Positions 1-10,998 of a stretch of 64,000 nt of DNA are shown here, in pieces. A program made the position numbers and the translations under genes. Where the stretch lies: IMG/VR virus record IMGVR_UViG_3300020204_000005; one strand, written 5' to 3'. The notes beneath the pieces were generated by a model that saw only the letters and a list, made by a program, of their open reading frames with translations, ran no database searches and was not told the origin of the DNA. How positions within the stretch are numbered: the first letter of the stretch is position 1; each line of letters starts with the position of its first letter. This DNA is from a virus.

Positions 1-210
1 TATATACCAAATATTACAATAACCAATATAAGTATTACTGACGCTTCCTTAGAGGAAGAAAATAAAGGAACTTTCATTAATGCAAACGGAGATAGAGAAT
101 TTGTGGTCCCTGGCATTGGTGAGAAAGAACATACCGCTAAAATTAAAATTGATTATACCATCACGGCATCGGCATTTAATCCGAGTGATTTTGTAATTAT
201 TAATATATAA
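1..210 (+). CDS. 3' part of baseplate wedge gp25/GPW-like protein (truncated by window start)
   Basis: Frame 1 is open from base 1 to TAA 208-210 (YIPNITITNISI...AKIKIDYTI...VIINI) and lies directly upstream of the gp6-like gene; C-terminal pattern is gp25-like. Confidence 0.6.
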   Translation, partial: YIPNITITNISITDASLEEENKGTFINANGDREFVVPGIGEKEHTAKIKIDYTITASAFNPSDFVIINI

Positions 211-216
211 TATATC

Positions 217-2055
217 ATGGCAAATAAAAAGATTTCTTATACAACTAGAGATTTCCAACAGATAAGAACTGAGTTAATAAATTTTACAAGATTATATTAT
301 CCTGAACTTATTGATAATTTTAACGACGCTTCGGTTTTCTCCGCTTTATTGGATTTAAATGCTGCGGTAACGGATAACTTACAATTCAATATTGATAGAA
401 GTATACAAGAAACCGTATTACAATATGCACAACAAAGGTCATCAGTATTTAATATTGCAAGAACATACGGACTTAAAGTTCCTGGCCAAAGACCTTCAGT
501 TGCTCTTGTTGATTTTTCGATAACAGTACCCGCATTTGGTGATAAAGAAGATTTAAGATATTGTGGTATATTAAGAAGAGGGGCTCAAGTTAACGGTGCA
601 GGTCAAGTATTTGAAACAGTTTATGATATTGATTTTTCATCACCAATCAATGCCGAAGGATACCCAAATAGACTTAAAATACCTAATTTCGATTCAAATA
701 ATAAGTTATTAAATTATACAATTGTTAAAAGAGAAACAGTTGTAAATGGGGTTACCAAAGTATTCAAAAGAACCATAACCGCAAACGATGTTAAACCATT
801 CTTTGAATTATTTTTACCTGAAAAGAATGTTTTAGGTGTTACAAGTGTTTTATTAAAAGATGGTACTCAATATGCAAATATACCATCACCACAAGAATTT
901 TTAGGTAATGATAATAGATGGTATGAAGTAAAGGCTCTTGTTGAAGATAGAGTCTTTGTTGAAGACCCAACTAAAGTTTCTGACCAACCTGGTATTAAAG
1001 TTGGTAAATACTTAACAACAAGTGATAAATTTATAACTGAATACACACCTGAAGGATTTTTAAGAATGACTTTTGGTGGTGGTAGTCAATCCGCAGATGA
1101 ACAATTAAGGGAATTTGCAAGGAACGGGTTAAAACTTGATTTGTATAAATATTCCAACAACTTTGCATTAGGTAGTGTATTAAAACCAAACTCAACGTTA
1201 TTTGTCCAATATAGAATTGGTGGAGGTTCAGGAAGTAATTTAGGTATCAATGTAATTACTCAAGTAGGTACGGTTTCATTTTTTGTTAACGGTCCTTCAG
1301 CTTCTGTTAACACAAATGTGGTTAATTCATTATCGTGTAATAATGTTACTGCAGCAATTGGTGGAGCACCCGCACCGACTACTGAAGAAGTAAGAAATTT
1401 AGTGACATTTAACTTTTCAGCACAAAACAGGGCGGTAACTGTTAATGACTATGATTCGATTATAAGAACAATGCCGTCCCAATTTGGAGCACCCGCTAAA
1501 GTTGCGATTACCGAAGAAAATAATAAGATAAAAATAAAAATGTTGTCTTTTGACGAGTCAGGTAATTTAACTGAGATAGTATCTAACACACTTAAAAATA
1601 ATATCGCTAATTACCTTTCAAATTACAGAATGTTAAATGATTACATTTCAGTTGAAAGTGCAAATGTTATTGATTTATCAATGAACATTGATGTGGTATT
1701 AGATAATAGTCAAACACAAGGGGCTTTAATTGCTCAAATTGTAAATTTAGTTACTGAATATTTTTCACCTTCAAATAGACAGATGGGTAGTAATGTTTAT
1801 ATATCGGAAATTAGAAGACAAATACAATCACAAAATGGTGTGATATCAGTATCTGATATCCAAGTATTTAATAAGGTTGGAGGACAATATTCTTCATCTC
1901 AAACATCTCAAGGATATATTGATGACGAAACAAAACAAATTGGTTTAGTCGATGATACAATTTTTGCAGAACCTAGTCAAACATATCAAGTTAGATACTC
2001 TGGTAAAGATATTAATGTGAGAATTAAAAACCTTTCTACAGTTAATTTTTCTTGA
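217..2055 (+). CDS. Baseplate wedge subunit (T4 gp6 / baseplate J-like)
   Basis: N-terminal YTTRDFQQIRTEL, SIQET..YAQQRSSVFNIARTYG, YRIGGG..SN, and QNRAVTVNDY motifs typical of gp6-like wedge proteins. Confidence 0.85.
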   Translation: MANKKISYTTRDFQQIRTELINFTRLYYPELIDNFNDASVFSALLDLNAAVTDNLQFNIDRSIQETVLQYAQQRSSVFNIARTYGLKVPGQRPSVALVDFSITVPAFGDKEDLRYCGILRRGAQVNGAGQVFETVYDIDFSSPINAEGYPNRLKIPNFDSNNKLLNYTIVKRETVVNGVTKVFKRTITANDVKPFFELFLPEKNVLGVTSVLLKDGTQYANIPSPQEFLGNDNRWYEVKALVEDRVFVEDPTKVSDQPGIKVGKYLTTSDKFITEYTPEGFLRMTFGGGSQSADEQLREFARNGLKLDLYKYSNNFALGSVLKPNSTLFVQYRIGGGSGSNLGINVITQVGTVSFFVNGPSASVNTNVVNSLSCNNVTAAIGGAPAPTTEEVRNLVTFNFSAQNRAVTVNDYDSIIRTMPSQFGAPAKVAITEENNKIKIKMLSFDESGNLTEIVSNTLKNNIANYLSNYRMLNDYISVESANVIDLSMNIDVVLDNSQTQGALIAQIVNLVTEYFSPSNRQMGSNVYISEIRRQIQSQNGVISVSDIQVFNKVGGQYSSSQTSQGYIDDETKQIGLVDDTIFAEPSQTYQVRYSGKDINVRIKNLSTVNFS

Positions 2056-2106
2056 TAATTTATTTTATTAATTTCTAAATTATCATTTTGAAAATGGTAT
2101 ATAAAC

Positions 2107-2113
2107 TATTTAT
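2107..2113 (+). promoter_or_regulatory. TATTTAT putative late-promoter motif
   Basis: The same heptamer recurs about 5-45 nt upstream of many structural or late genes (e.g. 2107, 21113c, 22594c, 23645, 26063c, 28864, 32201, 37877, 42217, 48227, 54212, 59762, 62702c, 63165). Confidence 0.6.
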
Positions 2114-2128
2114 CAAAAAAGATTAGGA

Positions 2129-5100
2129 ATGTCAAATTCATATAGAATAAGAACCGAAGTAGGTGTAGATAAATCATTAAAGGTATTACTTGAACAAGAA
2201 TATGAATATCTTGAGATATTATCCCTAAAGGTTTTACAAAGTCAAATTTATACAAGACAATGCTCAGATTATGGTGTAATCATAGGTAGGGTAACCGCTA
2301 ATAATGGGTTTGGAATACCAAATGCTAAAGTTTCAGTATTCATACCTTTATCCCCTGAAGATGAAAACAATCCTATAATAAGTGAATTATACCCTTATAA
2401 ATCTTTAAGTGACACAAATGAAGATGGGTATCGATATAATCTCCTACCTTATAAACAACAACATAGTGGTCATAGCCCGACAGGTACTTTCTTTGATAGA
2501 GAAGATGTCCTAACAAACCCTACATTCATTGAGGTTTACGATAAGTATTATAAATATACCGCTAAAACAAATGATAGTGGTGACTACATGATATTTGGAG
2601 TTCCATTAGGAGAACAAACAATACATGTTGATGTTGATTTATCCGATATAGGAGAATTCTCATTATCACCCCAAGATTTAGTCAGAACAGGAGCGGCAAC
2701 TGAAGCTCAAGTTGCGGGGACACAGTTCAAAACGTCATCAAACCTAAATTCATTACCACAAATTATTTCAATTAATAGAGTTGTTGAAGTAGAACCTCTT
2801 TGGGGACAACCTGAAGTATGTAGTTTAGGTATTATCAGAAGCGATTTCGATTTAACAAGTGAAGCAAATATTGATATAACACCCACCGCAATTTTTATGG
2901 GGTCAATAGTATCAACAGTTGATAATCATACACAAAAAAGAAATTGTAAACCTAAAAATAGACATGGTAATTTATGTAGTTTAGTTGCGGGTCCTGGTGA
3001 AATATTAGTAATTAGACAAACTATACAACAAGATGTTAATGGTAGACCTGTTTTAGAGACATTTGATTTAGAACAGGGGGGGCAAGTGATTGATGAAAAC
3101 GGTACATGGTTAATTGATGTACCTATGAATTTGGATTATTATATAACCAATGAATTTGGTGAAAAAGTATTATCAAATGACCCTGAGAAAGGAGTACCAA
3201 CAAGAGGTAAATACAGATTTAAAGTTAAATGGGCACAATCACCTACATTATCGGAACCTGTTAAAAGAGGTTATTTTTTAGTACCTAACATAAAAGAGCA
3301 TGGATGGGTTATTAATGGTGGGAATAGAATCGACCCTTTAACTAATGGGTCCGCATCACCGTCAGATACTTTAGAGGCTATTAAATCGTATTCGTTTAGT
3401 TTAGATTGGAATGACTACCCTGATATACAAGGTGCTATTAATTGTGAAGACACCTTTTATGATATGCAATATAATAAGGTATATACGGTATCACAATTAA
3501 TAGACCAATATAGAAAAGGATATATACCTAGTAAAGTGATTGGGGTCAAACACATTCTTGATGATGTATGCGAGAGCGAAAACGTTAAATTTCCAACAAA
3601 CGACGCTTTCTTAAGATTTGATTTAATATACTTATTATTTACAATAATGATGTATATATTTAAACCAACTTTATACCAATTATTAGTAATTGTACACGTT
3701 TTAGCATTTTTAATAAAATTCATTTTAGGTCCTATATTAGCAATTGTTGTTGCAGTTGTTTTTTTGATAGTCATATTAGTATGTAATTTCATTAATGGTA
3801 TTATTTGGGTTATAAATTTATTTGCGAATGTTAATAAATTGGATTGCCCCACTATTCAAGACCTGCAAGAACTAATTGTTAAATTACTTAATTTATGGAA
3901 GTTATTTACAAAAATAAATTTACCTAACTTATCTTATAGTGATTGTGAATTATGTAACTGTAAAGAACCTGATAGTGTTGAAAATAACGCTACAAGCCCA
4001 TCACCAACTAATATAGATTCCGAATCCATTATTAATAATTCAGGAATAAATTCCTATTTAACGAATTATTTAGATAGTAGTAAATATACCGCAAACCAAG
4101 GATTTTCTTACCCAAGTGCTTTTGAAAGTATTATGGCAGGTGCTAGTTTTGATGGTTCAGGGCCTAAAACTTATACACCCCAAATGACTAAATATGGTAA
4201 TGATAATGGTGATGACAGACATTTGTTTACGAGTAGTTTAACTTTAGCTGAGAGAATTAATCTATTCAATAACAAAGCTAAATATTTTAATGATGGTGGG
4301 GGGACTAATCCTGGAGGAGGGTTTAATAGAATTAAAGTAACTTTCCAAACACAACTTAATAATCCTATAGTAAAGTATCATTATGACAACGTTATTGTGG
4401 TCTCAATTAAAGATACTAAACTATCAGAAATGCAGGCAGGTCAGATAGTCACATTCCAAAATCCAGAACTTTCTGCAGACGTTAATTTAACAGGGTATAC
4501 TCAATTAAATCAATTTGCAACCAAAAGTATTACAGGAACTTCAATTAACGACAATGGTCAAATTACAGTATATTATTCGGACCCATCTGATTTAAATGGT
4601 TCGTCATCACCATTGTCAGTGTTATATGATATTGAACAAGACCCTGATGATGCTACATATGCAAAATTTGGAATGGATATCGAATATTTCCAAGTCATAA
4701 CCGCTATGACTTATAGTAATTTTAGCTCATTATGTACCCCAAACCCATTATCTTTAAGAGATAGATATTTGTTTAATAATATGAGATTTGAATATCTTAA
4801 ATCGGTAACTAATTGTTGGTATGATGATTATTATCAAAACCCATTACAATCTTACGATAATTATGAAAATCAAGTTATAACATTTTTGGTTAGAGGTGTT
4901 GACCCTTATAGTACAAGAAAACAAAATTCATATGATTTAAGTAGATTATTTGGATACACATCATGGGGAATACCTGGGTTAACTGTAACAGGTGATTATA
5001 AATTAAATCACCCTATAAGAGGAGGTGTTAAATCAGTTAAACATAGTATGATAAGTGATGTAACATTAACCGACAGTAATAATTATAATTTATATTATGA

Positions 5101-7222
5101 TTCATTTCACTTCCTACCTGAATCTAACCCATCAAACGCAGGGTTTAGTGGGTTTACCTCTACATTACCAAGTTATTACTCTAGACTTGACGCTTCTGAT
5201 TTATCTTTTACACCTTTAGGTGCGTTATCATTAAATAATGTTTGTTCTTCAGGTCCTTTTGGGTATAATGTTGCAAGTATAAGACCTTTTAATACAATTA
5301 TATCTAATGGTAATGGATTTTTACTTGAATGGGATGTTGTCGTTCCATTTGTTTTTCCTCCGAACTGTACTGAGATTAGAACCGCAACACAAAATAGTTA
5401 CCCTAACGATAACAAAGGTTATTTTGTTAATGAAATTGTTGAGGGTGGTTCGGCTATGTTACAGAGAGTTAAAGTTCAATTTGGTGTAGGAACCTACGCA
5501 AATGGATATTCATACGCACCTAAATACGCGACAGTTCCTTACGGATATAATAATTTAGGTATTAATGGTAACCAAATTATTATGAGGTCGGATAGATTAC
5601 CGACATCAACAAGTACAAAAGAAACCTCCAATAATAGTTTTGCATTACAGATGAATCCTAATTTTGCGGTTTATTTAGTTTCAGATGACGGGTCAGTACC
5701 TGTTAATAATGAATCAACACAACCATCAACTTCAACAGGAGCGAACCAAGATAGTAGTGAAGATAATGATGGTAATAAAGTGTTAGATTCATTTAATTGC
5801 CCTCAAATGGTTCCTCTTGGTTGTTATTATGGGGCAACACCTGGTTGTGGTAATTCGTTCACACCCACAGAAATTGACATACAACCTGATAATGATGGGT
5901 GTTATTATAATGGTATAAACGGTGAAAAAATAATGGTTAATGGTTGTTATGTTACAGTAACAAGTATATTTTTATCTTTACCCAAAGATTTTAAAATATT
6001 AACTGAATGGTCCTCAAGATTATTAATTACATTTGGCGCTTGTAGAGACGTTTGGTCTCAAATGTTCACTAATAATTGGATTAATGGTACGTTATACGCA
6101 TTTGCATTTAAGAATGATAGATTCTTTACAGGTCCAACCGACACACCTGCAAATTCACCATATAGTTTATATTGTAGAGATACAGTTTATTTGCATCCAA
6201 CTACTTTAAACTTTTATTATAGGTCAAGTCCTTGGGATGGTAATAGTTTTATTGGGGCTCAACCTCCAACACCTCTTTTTGGAGGTAGTTACGGAGGAAA
6301 TGATAAAAACCTAAGATTTCCAACAACAATGTTAGATATGGGACCTAGAACACAATACTTACAAGAATTAATAATGTCAGATGATTTTGATGGTTATGTA
6401 GTAAATAAATTAGGACCAACAACGTATACTGATGTTTCTGAAATATTGAATTTATTCATCATTAGTCGACTATCTAATACTAGTTTCTTATCACAATTAT
6501 TTGGGACTTCAGGAGCAAATATATTAAGTTATTTTAACGGAAGGACTAAATTTATGGTTGACGCCGACTACGCACAAACAGTTTCTGTAAGTTCAGAATT
6601 AGGTGTTGCAGAATTTAATTCAGAAAATTACCCCCAACTTACATGTGCTCAAGACCCTATTTATTTTAATGGTGGTAATGCTACTGATGGTATTATAGGT
6701 GTTTTCTTTTCATCAGACACACAAGTTAGAGATTTTATAACCCCTAAAAGAACAATTATTGTTGAAGATGCTATGGTAACTGATGATTGTGCGTTTGGTA
6801 ACTTTAAAGTCTTTTCACAAACTGTCCCATTCTACCAATGGAACATTAAACAAAACCCTGACCAAGATAGTATTTTTGGTTCACAAGGTAATGAATGGTA
6901 TACGACACCTTTAGGTAGTAGTTTTTATAGTAACAAATACCAATCAATGGATAGATTAGAGCAGACTTCAAGATATATGAGAACAAATACAAGTAGTTTT
7001 ATTAAAGATTTTAAAGGGTATATTTATTCATACAATACTTCCACAGGACAATATAACCCAAATCATGATTCGGTACAACCTAATTCAACACCTTACAGTT
7101 CATCAGAAAGAATATTTACAGTTGGGGCACCTTTCCACTTCTATTTTGGTCTTAAAAAAGGAAAAACCGCATTTGACAGATTTGCAACTAAATGGATTAA
7201 AACTGATATAATTACAGATTAA
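2129..7222 (+). CDS. Large (1697 aa) baseplate/tail-associated structural protein with internal hydrophobic segment
   Basis: Long ORF in baseplate operon; N-terminal beta-sandwich-like GVIIGRV..NAKVSVF; ~75-aa hydrophobic stretch at ~3611-3833. Confidence 0.6.
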   Translation: MSNSYRIRTEVGVDKSLKVLLEQEYEYLEILSLKVLQSQIYTRQCSDYGVIIGRVTANNGFGIPNAKVSVFIPLSPEDENNPIISELYPYKSLSDTNEDGYRYNLLPYKQQHSGHSPTGTFFDREDVLTNPTFIEVYDKYYKYTAKTNDSGDYMIFGVPLGEQTIHVDVDLSDIGEFSLSPQDLVRTGAATEAQVAGTQFKTSSNLNSLPQIISINRVVEVEPLWGQPEVCSLGIIRSDFDLTSEANIDITPTAIFMGSIVSTVDNHTQKRNCKPKNRHGNLCSLVAGPGEILVIRQTIQQDVNGRPVLETFDLEQGGQVIDENGTWLIDVPMNLDYYITNEFGEKVLSNDPEKGVPTRGKYRFKVKWAQSPTLSEPVKRGYFLVPNIKEHGWVINGGNRIDPLTNGSASPSDTLEAIKSYSFSLDWNDYPDIQGAINCEDTFYDMQYNKVYTVSQLIDQYRKGYIPSKVIGVKHILDDVCESENVKFPTNDAFLRFDLIYLLFTIMMYIFKPTLYQLLVIVHVLAFLIKFILGPILAIVVAVVFLIVILVCNFINGIIWVINLFANVNKLDCPTIQDLQELIVKLLNLWKLFTKINLPNLSYSDCELCNCKEPDSVENNATSPSPTNIDSESIINNSGINSYLTNYLDSSKYTANQGFSYPSAFESIMAGASFDGSGPKTYTPQMTKYGNDNGDDRHLFTSSLTLAERINLFNNKAKYFNDGGGTNPGGGFNRIKVTFQTQLNNPIVKYHYDNVIVVSIKDTKLSEMQAGQIVTFQNPELSADVNLTGYTQLNQFATKSITGTSINDNGQITVYYSDPSDLNGSSSPLSVLYDIEQDPDDATYAKFGMDIEYFQVITAMTYSNFSSLCTPNPLSLRDRYLFNNMRFEYLKSVTNCWYDDYYQNPLQSYDNYENQVITFLVRGVDPYSTRKQNSYDLSRLFGYTSWGIPGLTVTGDYKLNHPIRGGVKSVKHSMISDVTLTDSNNYNLYYDSFHFLPESNPSNAGFSGFTSTLPSYYSRLDASDLSFTPLGALSLNNVCSSGPFGYNVASIRPFNTIISNGNGFLLEWDVVVPFVFPPNCTEIRTATQNSYPNDNKGYFVNEIVEGGSAMLQRVKVQFGVGTYANGYSYAPKYATVPYGYNNLGINGNQIIMRSDRLPTSTSTKETSNNSFALQMNPNFAVYLVSDDGSVPVNNESTQPSTSTGANQDSSEDNDGNKVLDSFNCPQMVPLGCYYGATPGCGNSFTPTEIDIQPDNDGCYYNGINGEKIMVNGCYVTVTSIFLSLPKDFKILTEWSSRLLITFGACRDVWSQMFTNNWINGTLYAFAFKNDRFFTGPTDTPANSPYSLYCRDTVYLHPTTLNFYYRSSPWDGNSFIGAQPPTPLFGGSYGGNDKNLRFPTTMLDMGPRTQYLQELIMSDDFDGYVVNKLGPTTYTDVSEILNLFIISRLSNTSFLSQLFGTSGANILSYFNGRTKFMVDADYAQTVSVSSELGVAEFNSENYPQLTCAQDPIYFNGGNATDGIIGVFFSSDTQVRDFITPKRTIIVEDAMVTDDCAFGNFKVFSQTVPFYQWNIKQNPDQDSIFGSQGNEWYTTPLGSSFYSNKYQSMDRLEQTSRYMRTNTSSFIKDFKGYIYSYNTSTGQYNPNHDSVQPNSTPYSSSERIFTVGAPFHFYFGLKKGKTAFDRFATKWIKTDIITD

Positions 7223-7223
7223 T

Positions 7224-9011
7224 ATGGGTAATAGAAATGATTTACGAGTGGTTTTAGGGTCTTTGAGATATAAGTCAGCACCTAACACAAACTTATTTTT
7301 TCAAGTACCACTTAAACAAACTTTTAAAGAAAATACTGAATTTGATAGAAGTATTGATGTTGATTTGGAACAAGTATTTAATAATGAACGACAAGAATCA
7401 GATATTTTTAGACCTACCGCAAAATTTTCATTATTATTTAAAAATTCATATTCAGGTTTTACAAATTATCCACCATTTGAAAATAATTTATATTATCTTA
7501 ATTCACAAGAAGCGGCAATTGCTCAATGTTTAAATGGTAATCCTGATGCGATAAGTTGGACAGGACTACCCCAATATAACGAATTTGATTTTGTTAGGAA
7601 TGATTATAATGTACCTGGTTATACACAATTACCTGATGAACATATAATCTTCACACCTAAAAGTGCTTCGAGTTATAATTGGAATTTTTTTGTTAGTTAT
7701 CCATATGAAAATGATTACACTAAACAATTAAAGGCCGTTGATTTTAAAACAAACATTACGTTAAATTGGATAGTTGGTGATGGTATACCGTTTATAATTG
7801 AAAAAGTCGACAATGGAGGATTGGGACAAATATCTTTTAGATGTCCTATTAAACATGGATTATCAGTAGGGGAATTTGTTAAATTAAGTTTATCTTATAA
7901 TGGAGATGATTTATTCCAAGTGAATTCATTAGGAGCTCAAACTTATGGAAGTGAAGAGTATGTATTTAATATTGTAGATGTTGGATACACTAGTGTTTTT
8001 AATAATAATGTGACTGGCACGGCAAAGAGAGTTATACTAGGTGACAGTGAAACAGACACGATATCTGAATATTATGTTAGAAGACATAAAATATTAACAA
8101 ATTCTGAAAATGCAGTTGTAAGTAAGGCGGGATTTGAACAAAGTATTTTTGGGGAGACTAAAAAATTTGAGAGTAGTGGTTTTACCCCGAATCAAGTATC
8201 AAGAGTCTCTATTAAAGAAGGTTCACAATCATATACCTTATCATTTAATAAAGATATTAAAATAAATCCTTTAAGAGATAATCAAAAAAGACCATTAACA
8301 GAATTATTTTTTACTGTTATATGGAAAGGTTTTTTCGGATGGACCTTTGGGTTACCAAATGGTAATGGAGGTTTTAACGGATTAAAAGAAGGGTGGGAAT
8401 TTAACCTACCTTTAAACTCGACAGGACAACCAAATAGTTGGTGGAGTAACTCAAATTCGGACTCCGATGTTAACATACCACTTGGGGTTTACAACACTGC
8501 TCAAGGGTTACCACCATACGTGTCACCATCATTCAACGGGTTTACATATATTGATTCATTAAAGGAAGATGATATAATAGACGGAGATGTTTGTGAATGG
8601 AGTAATTATGACCAAAAAGAGAGAGTTATTTCAAAAATTTACCATAAGATAAAATTTAACCCTTTTGTATTTTCTATAGGAGGAAATCCCGCAAATCAAT
8701 TTGGTTATTACTATCAACCTCATCATGGAGTTACGATTAGAGTATTCTCAGATTATATCGAAGATGGGGACCCCCAAAATGTTGTAGGTATTCCTGATTA
8801 TTCTTATTTCTCAACAACTAAAAATTTATTTATATGGAGAGATTTATATCCATATGGTTATATTGATAGTTCTTTTAACGGTGTTAATTATCCATTTTTA
8901 AACGGTGTTCATTATCCATTTAACAATAATATATTCAGAATAATACCTGAAGGAACTAATTATAATGAACAGACCATAATAGCAGAACCATTAATTGACG
9001 ATTGTGAGTAA
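7224..9011 (+). CDS. Putative virion structural protein (595 aa)
   Basis: Tightly packed ORF in structural operon; aromatic/Asn/Gly-rich. Confidence 0.55.
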   Translation: MGNRNDLRVVLGSLRYKSAPNTNLFFQVPLKQTFKENTEFDRSIDVDLEQVFNNERQESDIFRPTAKFSLLFKNSYSGFTNYPPFENNLYYLNSQEAAIAQCLNGNPDAISWTGLPQYNEFDFVRNDYNVPGYTQLPDEHIIFTPKSASSYNWNFFVSYPYENDYTKQLKAVDFKTNITLNWIVGDGIPFIIEKVDNGGLGQISFRCPIKHGLSVGEFVKLSLSYNGDDLFQVNSLGAQTYGSEEYVFNIVDVGYTSVFNNNVTGTAKRVILGDSETDTISEYYVRRHKILTNSENAVVSKAGFEQSIFGETKKFESSGFTPNQVSRVSIKEGSQSYTLSFNKDIKINPLRDNQKRPLTELFFTVIWKGFFGWTFGLPNGNGGFNGLKEGWEFNLPLNSTGQPNSWWSNSNSDSDVNIPLGVYNTAQGLPPYVSPSFNGFTYIDSLKEDDIIDGDVCEWSNYDQKERVISKIYHKIKFNPFVFSIGGNPANQFGYYYQPHHGVTIRVFSDYIEDGDPQNVVGIPDYSYFSTTKNLFIWRDLYPYGYIDSSFNGVNYPFLNGVHYPFNNNIFRIIPEGTNYNEQTIIAEPLIDDCE

Positions 9012-9810
9012 TAAATTTTTATTTACCATACCTAACGATACTAAAGGGATTCAAATTCCTATAGAAATGAAATGGGATTTTTATGGTAGAACTGATAGTA
9101 TTGAGTTATATGAGGATGATGTTTTAACAACAATCATAGGGGTTGCTGATGATTTTGAAGTAGTTAGATTTTCACATAACTCCTATGGTAATAATCAAGA
9201 GACTAAATTAGGATACGAGTTTTATTTTTATGATGGACCACCACCAACAAACCAAAGCGTTTTAACATCCACAGTTACTGATTGGAAAAATAGTTATTTA
9301 TCTGAAGGATTTACAGGTGATGAAATTTATTATTATACCAAACCATTCACAAAATCATTTTTTAAATTAGATTTTTATGATACTAACGATACAGTTACAC
9401 AAACTAATTATTTTAGTGTGATTATACCCGTTCAGCAAGGAGAAACTGAAAGTGTTAGTATTTCACCCTTATTTCCTAACGTTAATATTAAAAAACCAAA
9501 ATATTCATTAGATTTTGTTGGTGATAAAGAAGGTTTCTTTTTGTATTGGTTAGTGAATACAGAATTTTTAAACATCAACACCTTTTACATGTCGGCTAAA
9601 TTTTTTGATGGTAAACTAGGGGTTTTTGTTAGAATGATGAACGAACCACAATCATCATTACCTAATAAATTTGTATTTGATTCTCCGAGGTATTTTTTTA
9701 ATAAAGTTGTTTTAGATTATAACACTAAAACATATGAAATATTTGATTATTTAAACAACCGTATAGGTGCGGGAACACCAATAAAATGGTATGAATATAT
9801 TAACCCTTAA
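9004..9810 (+). CDS. Putative structural protein; probable GTG start at 9004
   Basis: The ORF track starts at TTG 8995; in-frame GTG at 9004 overlaps the previous stop. Confidence 0.55.
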   Translation: MSNKFLFTIPNDTKGIQIPIEMKWDFYGRTDSIELYEDDVLTTIIGVADDFEVVRFSHNSYGNNQETKLGYEFYFYDGPPPTNQSVLTSTVTDWKNSYLSEGFTGDEIYYYTKPFTKSFFKLDFYDTNDTVTQTNYFSVIIPVQQGETESVSISPLFPNVNIKKPKYSLDFVGDKEGFFLYWLVNTEFLNINTFYMSAKFFDGKLGVFVRMMNEPQSSLPNKFVFDSPRYFFNKVVLDYNTKTYEIFDYLNNRIGAGTPIKWYEYINP

Positions 9811-10997
9811 TGGACGAAAGATATTATAGTATAAGAATATCACCTGAAGTAATTAATGGTGATTTATTTTTACATTCATATGATGCGGGTAACTCAGAAC
9901 CAGACCCTAACGACCCTTGTTGTGAAATTGTAACATCAACAACAACTTTAAATTTTACAGGTCTTACTTACGTGTATTCATCGATGACCCAAGTAGTTAG
10001 TGGAGGTACTGATGGAAGTTCGTTATTAACGGGACTAACTGTCCCTGTGTTTTTAACCGAAACGACTGTTGATGTTGGTTATTATTCTGTTTTTGATGGT
10101 ATGGTATTACAAAAAGATACCATGACTAATTTTTTATTTTCGGCATCGACATTTTCACCATATACCTATTATTTTTATAATACTTCAGATACTGAATTTA
10201 AAAAATATTTACAATTTGCAACATATAAAGTGGATTGGGGAGATGGAACGCCAATTGATTTAATTACAACAACCGCACCCAATTTTTATAGTCATACTTA
10301 TGCTCAAGATGGTGAATTCACAATAACTTTTTCAGGAATGAGTCCTTGGGGAACAAATATTGTTGAAAAAACAGTCTATGTCCCATTCACAGGAGTTACA
10401 GTACCTAACCCAAATGGAACCGCGTATTTTTTACCTGCGGGAGGTAGTTGGTCAGGAACACCTTTAATGTATGATTATTTATTTACGGGAGATTCAAATT
10501 GTGATGTTTATGACCAATCAAGTTATAACTATACCACTGTACCATTTTTAATTTCTGGGTATACCACATCTACGATGACTGATTTACAACAATACGGTAG
10601 TAAATTTAATCCGATGATGTTTAATGGTAAATATAAAATAGGTGTACAAGTTACAGGAACATCTGGTAGTATTGGGACTTTTTGGGGTCCATCTTTAGAT
10701 AATACTTATACTGCCTATACAATAAATGATATTGATTATTATGATTATAGTGATGGTACTACAGTATTCATGACTTATTCATCAGGTATGACACCTGATA
10801 TGATAGTCTGTTCAGCAATTACAAAAAATGAGGTATTATTGAACGTAATTGATGAAGCAGAAATACAAACTAATGTATTTATAGAAAGAGGTAAAAACTC
10901 GGCATTAGAACGAATCCAAAGGTTAGGAGAAGTTGATAATGTGGGGGACCTTGAAAAATATGGATACAAATTTTTTAATGTAAAAAATACAGGATAA
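9810..10997 (+). CDS. Putative structural protein with PKD-like domain
   Basis: VDWGDG...SHTY...G.FTITF is a PKD-like signature; start overlaps upstream stop (TAATG). Confidence 0.6.
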   Translation: MDERYYSIRISPEVINGDLFLHSYDAGNSEPDPNDPCCEIVTSTTTLNFTGLTYVYSSMTQVVSGGTDGSSLLTGLTVPVFLTETTVDVGYYSVFDGMVLQKDTMTNFLFSASTFSPYTYYFYNTSDTEFKKYLQFATYKVDWGDGTPIDLITTTAPNFYSHTYAQDGEFTITFSGMSPWGTNIVEKTVYVPFTGVTVPNPNGTAYFLPAGGSWSGTPLMYDYLFTGDSNCDVYDQSSYNYTTVPFLISGYTTSTMTDLQQYGSKFNPMMFNGKYKIGVQVTGTSGSIGTFWGPSLDNTYTAYTINDIDYYDYSDGTTVFMTYSSGMTPDMIVCSAITKNEVLLNVIDEAEIQTNVFIERGKNSALERIQRLGEVDNVGDLEKYGYKFFNVKNTG

Positions 10998-10998
10998 T

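Noticed and set aside
49-258. Track ORF on minus strand (69 aa)
   Set aside because: Antisense shadow of the gp25-like frame and the gp6 start.
3457-3852. 131-aa minus ORF, plus similar nested ORFs (8282, 10775, 15607, 17146, 31511, 34380, 37281, 41553, 49235, 60043)
   Set aside because: They lie antisense to long genes with clear motifs; typical AT-rich shadow ORFs.
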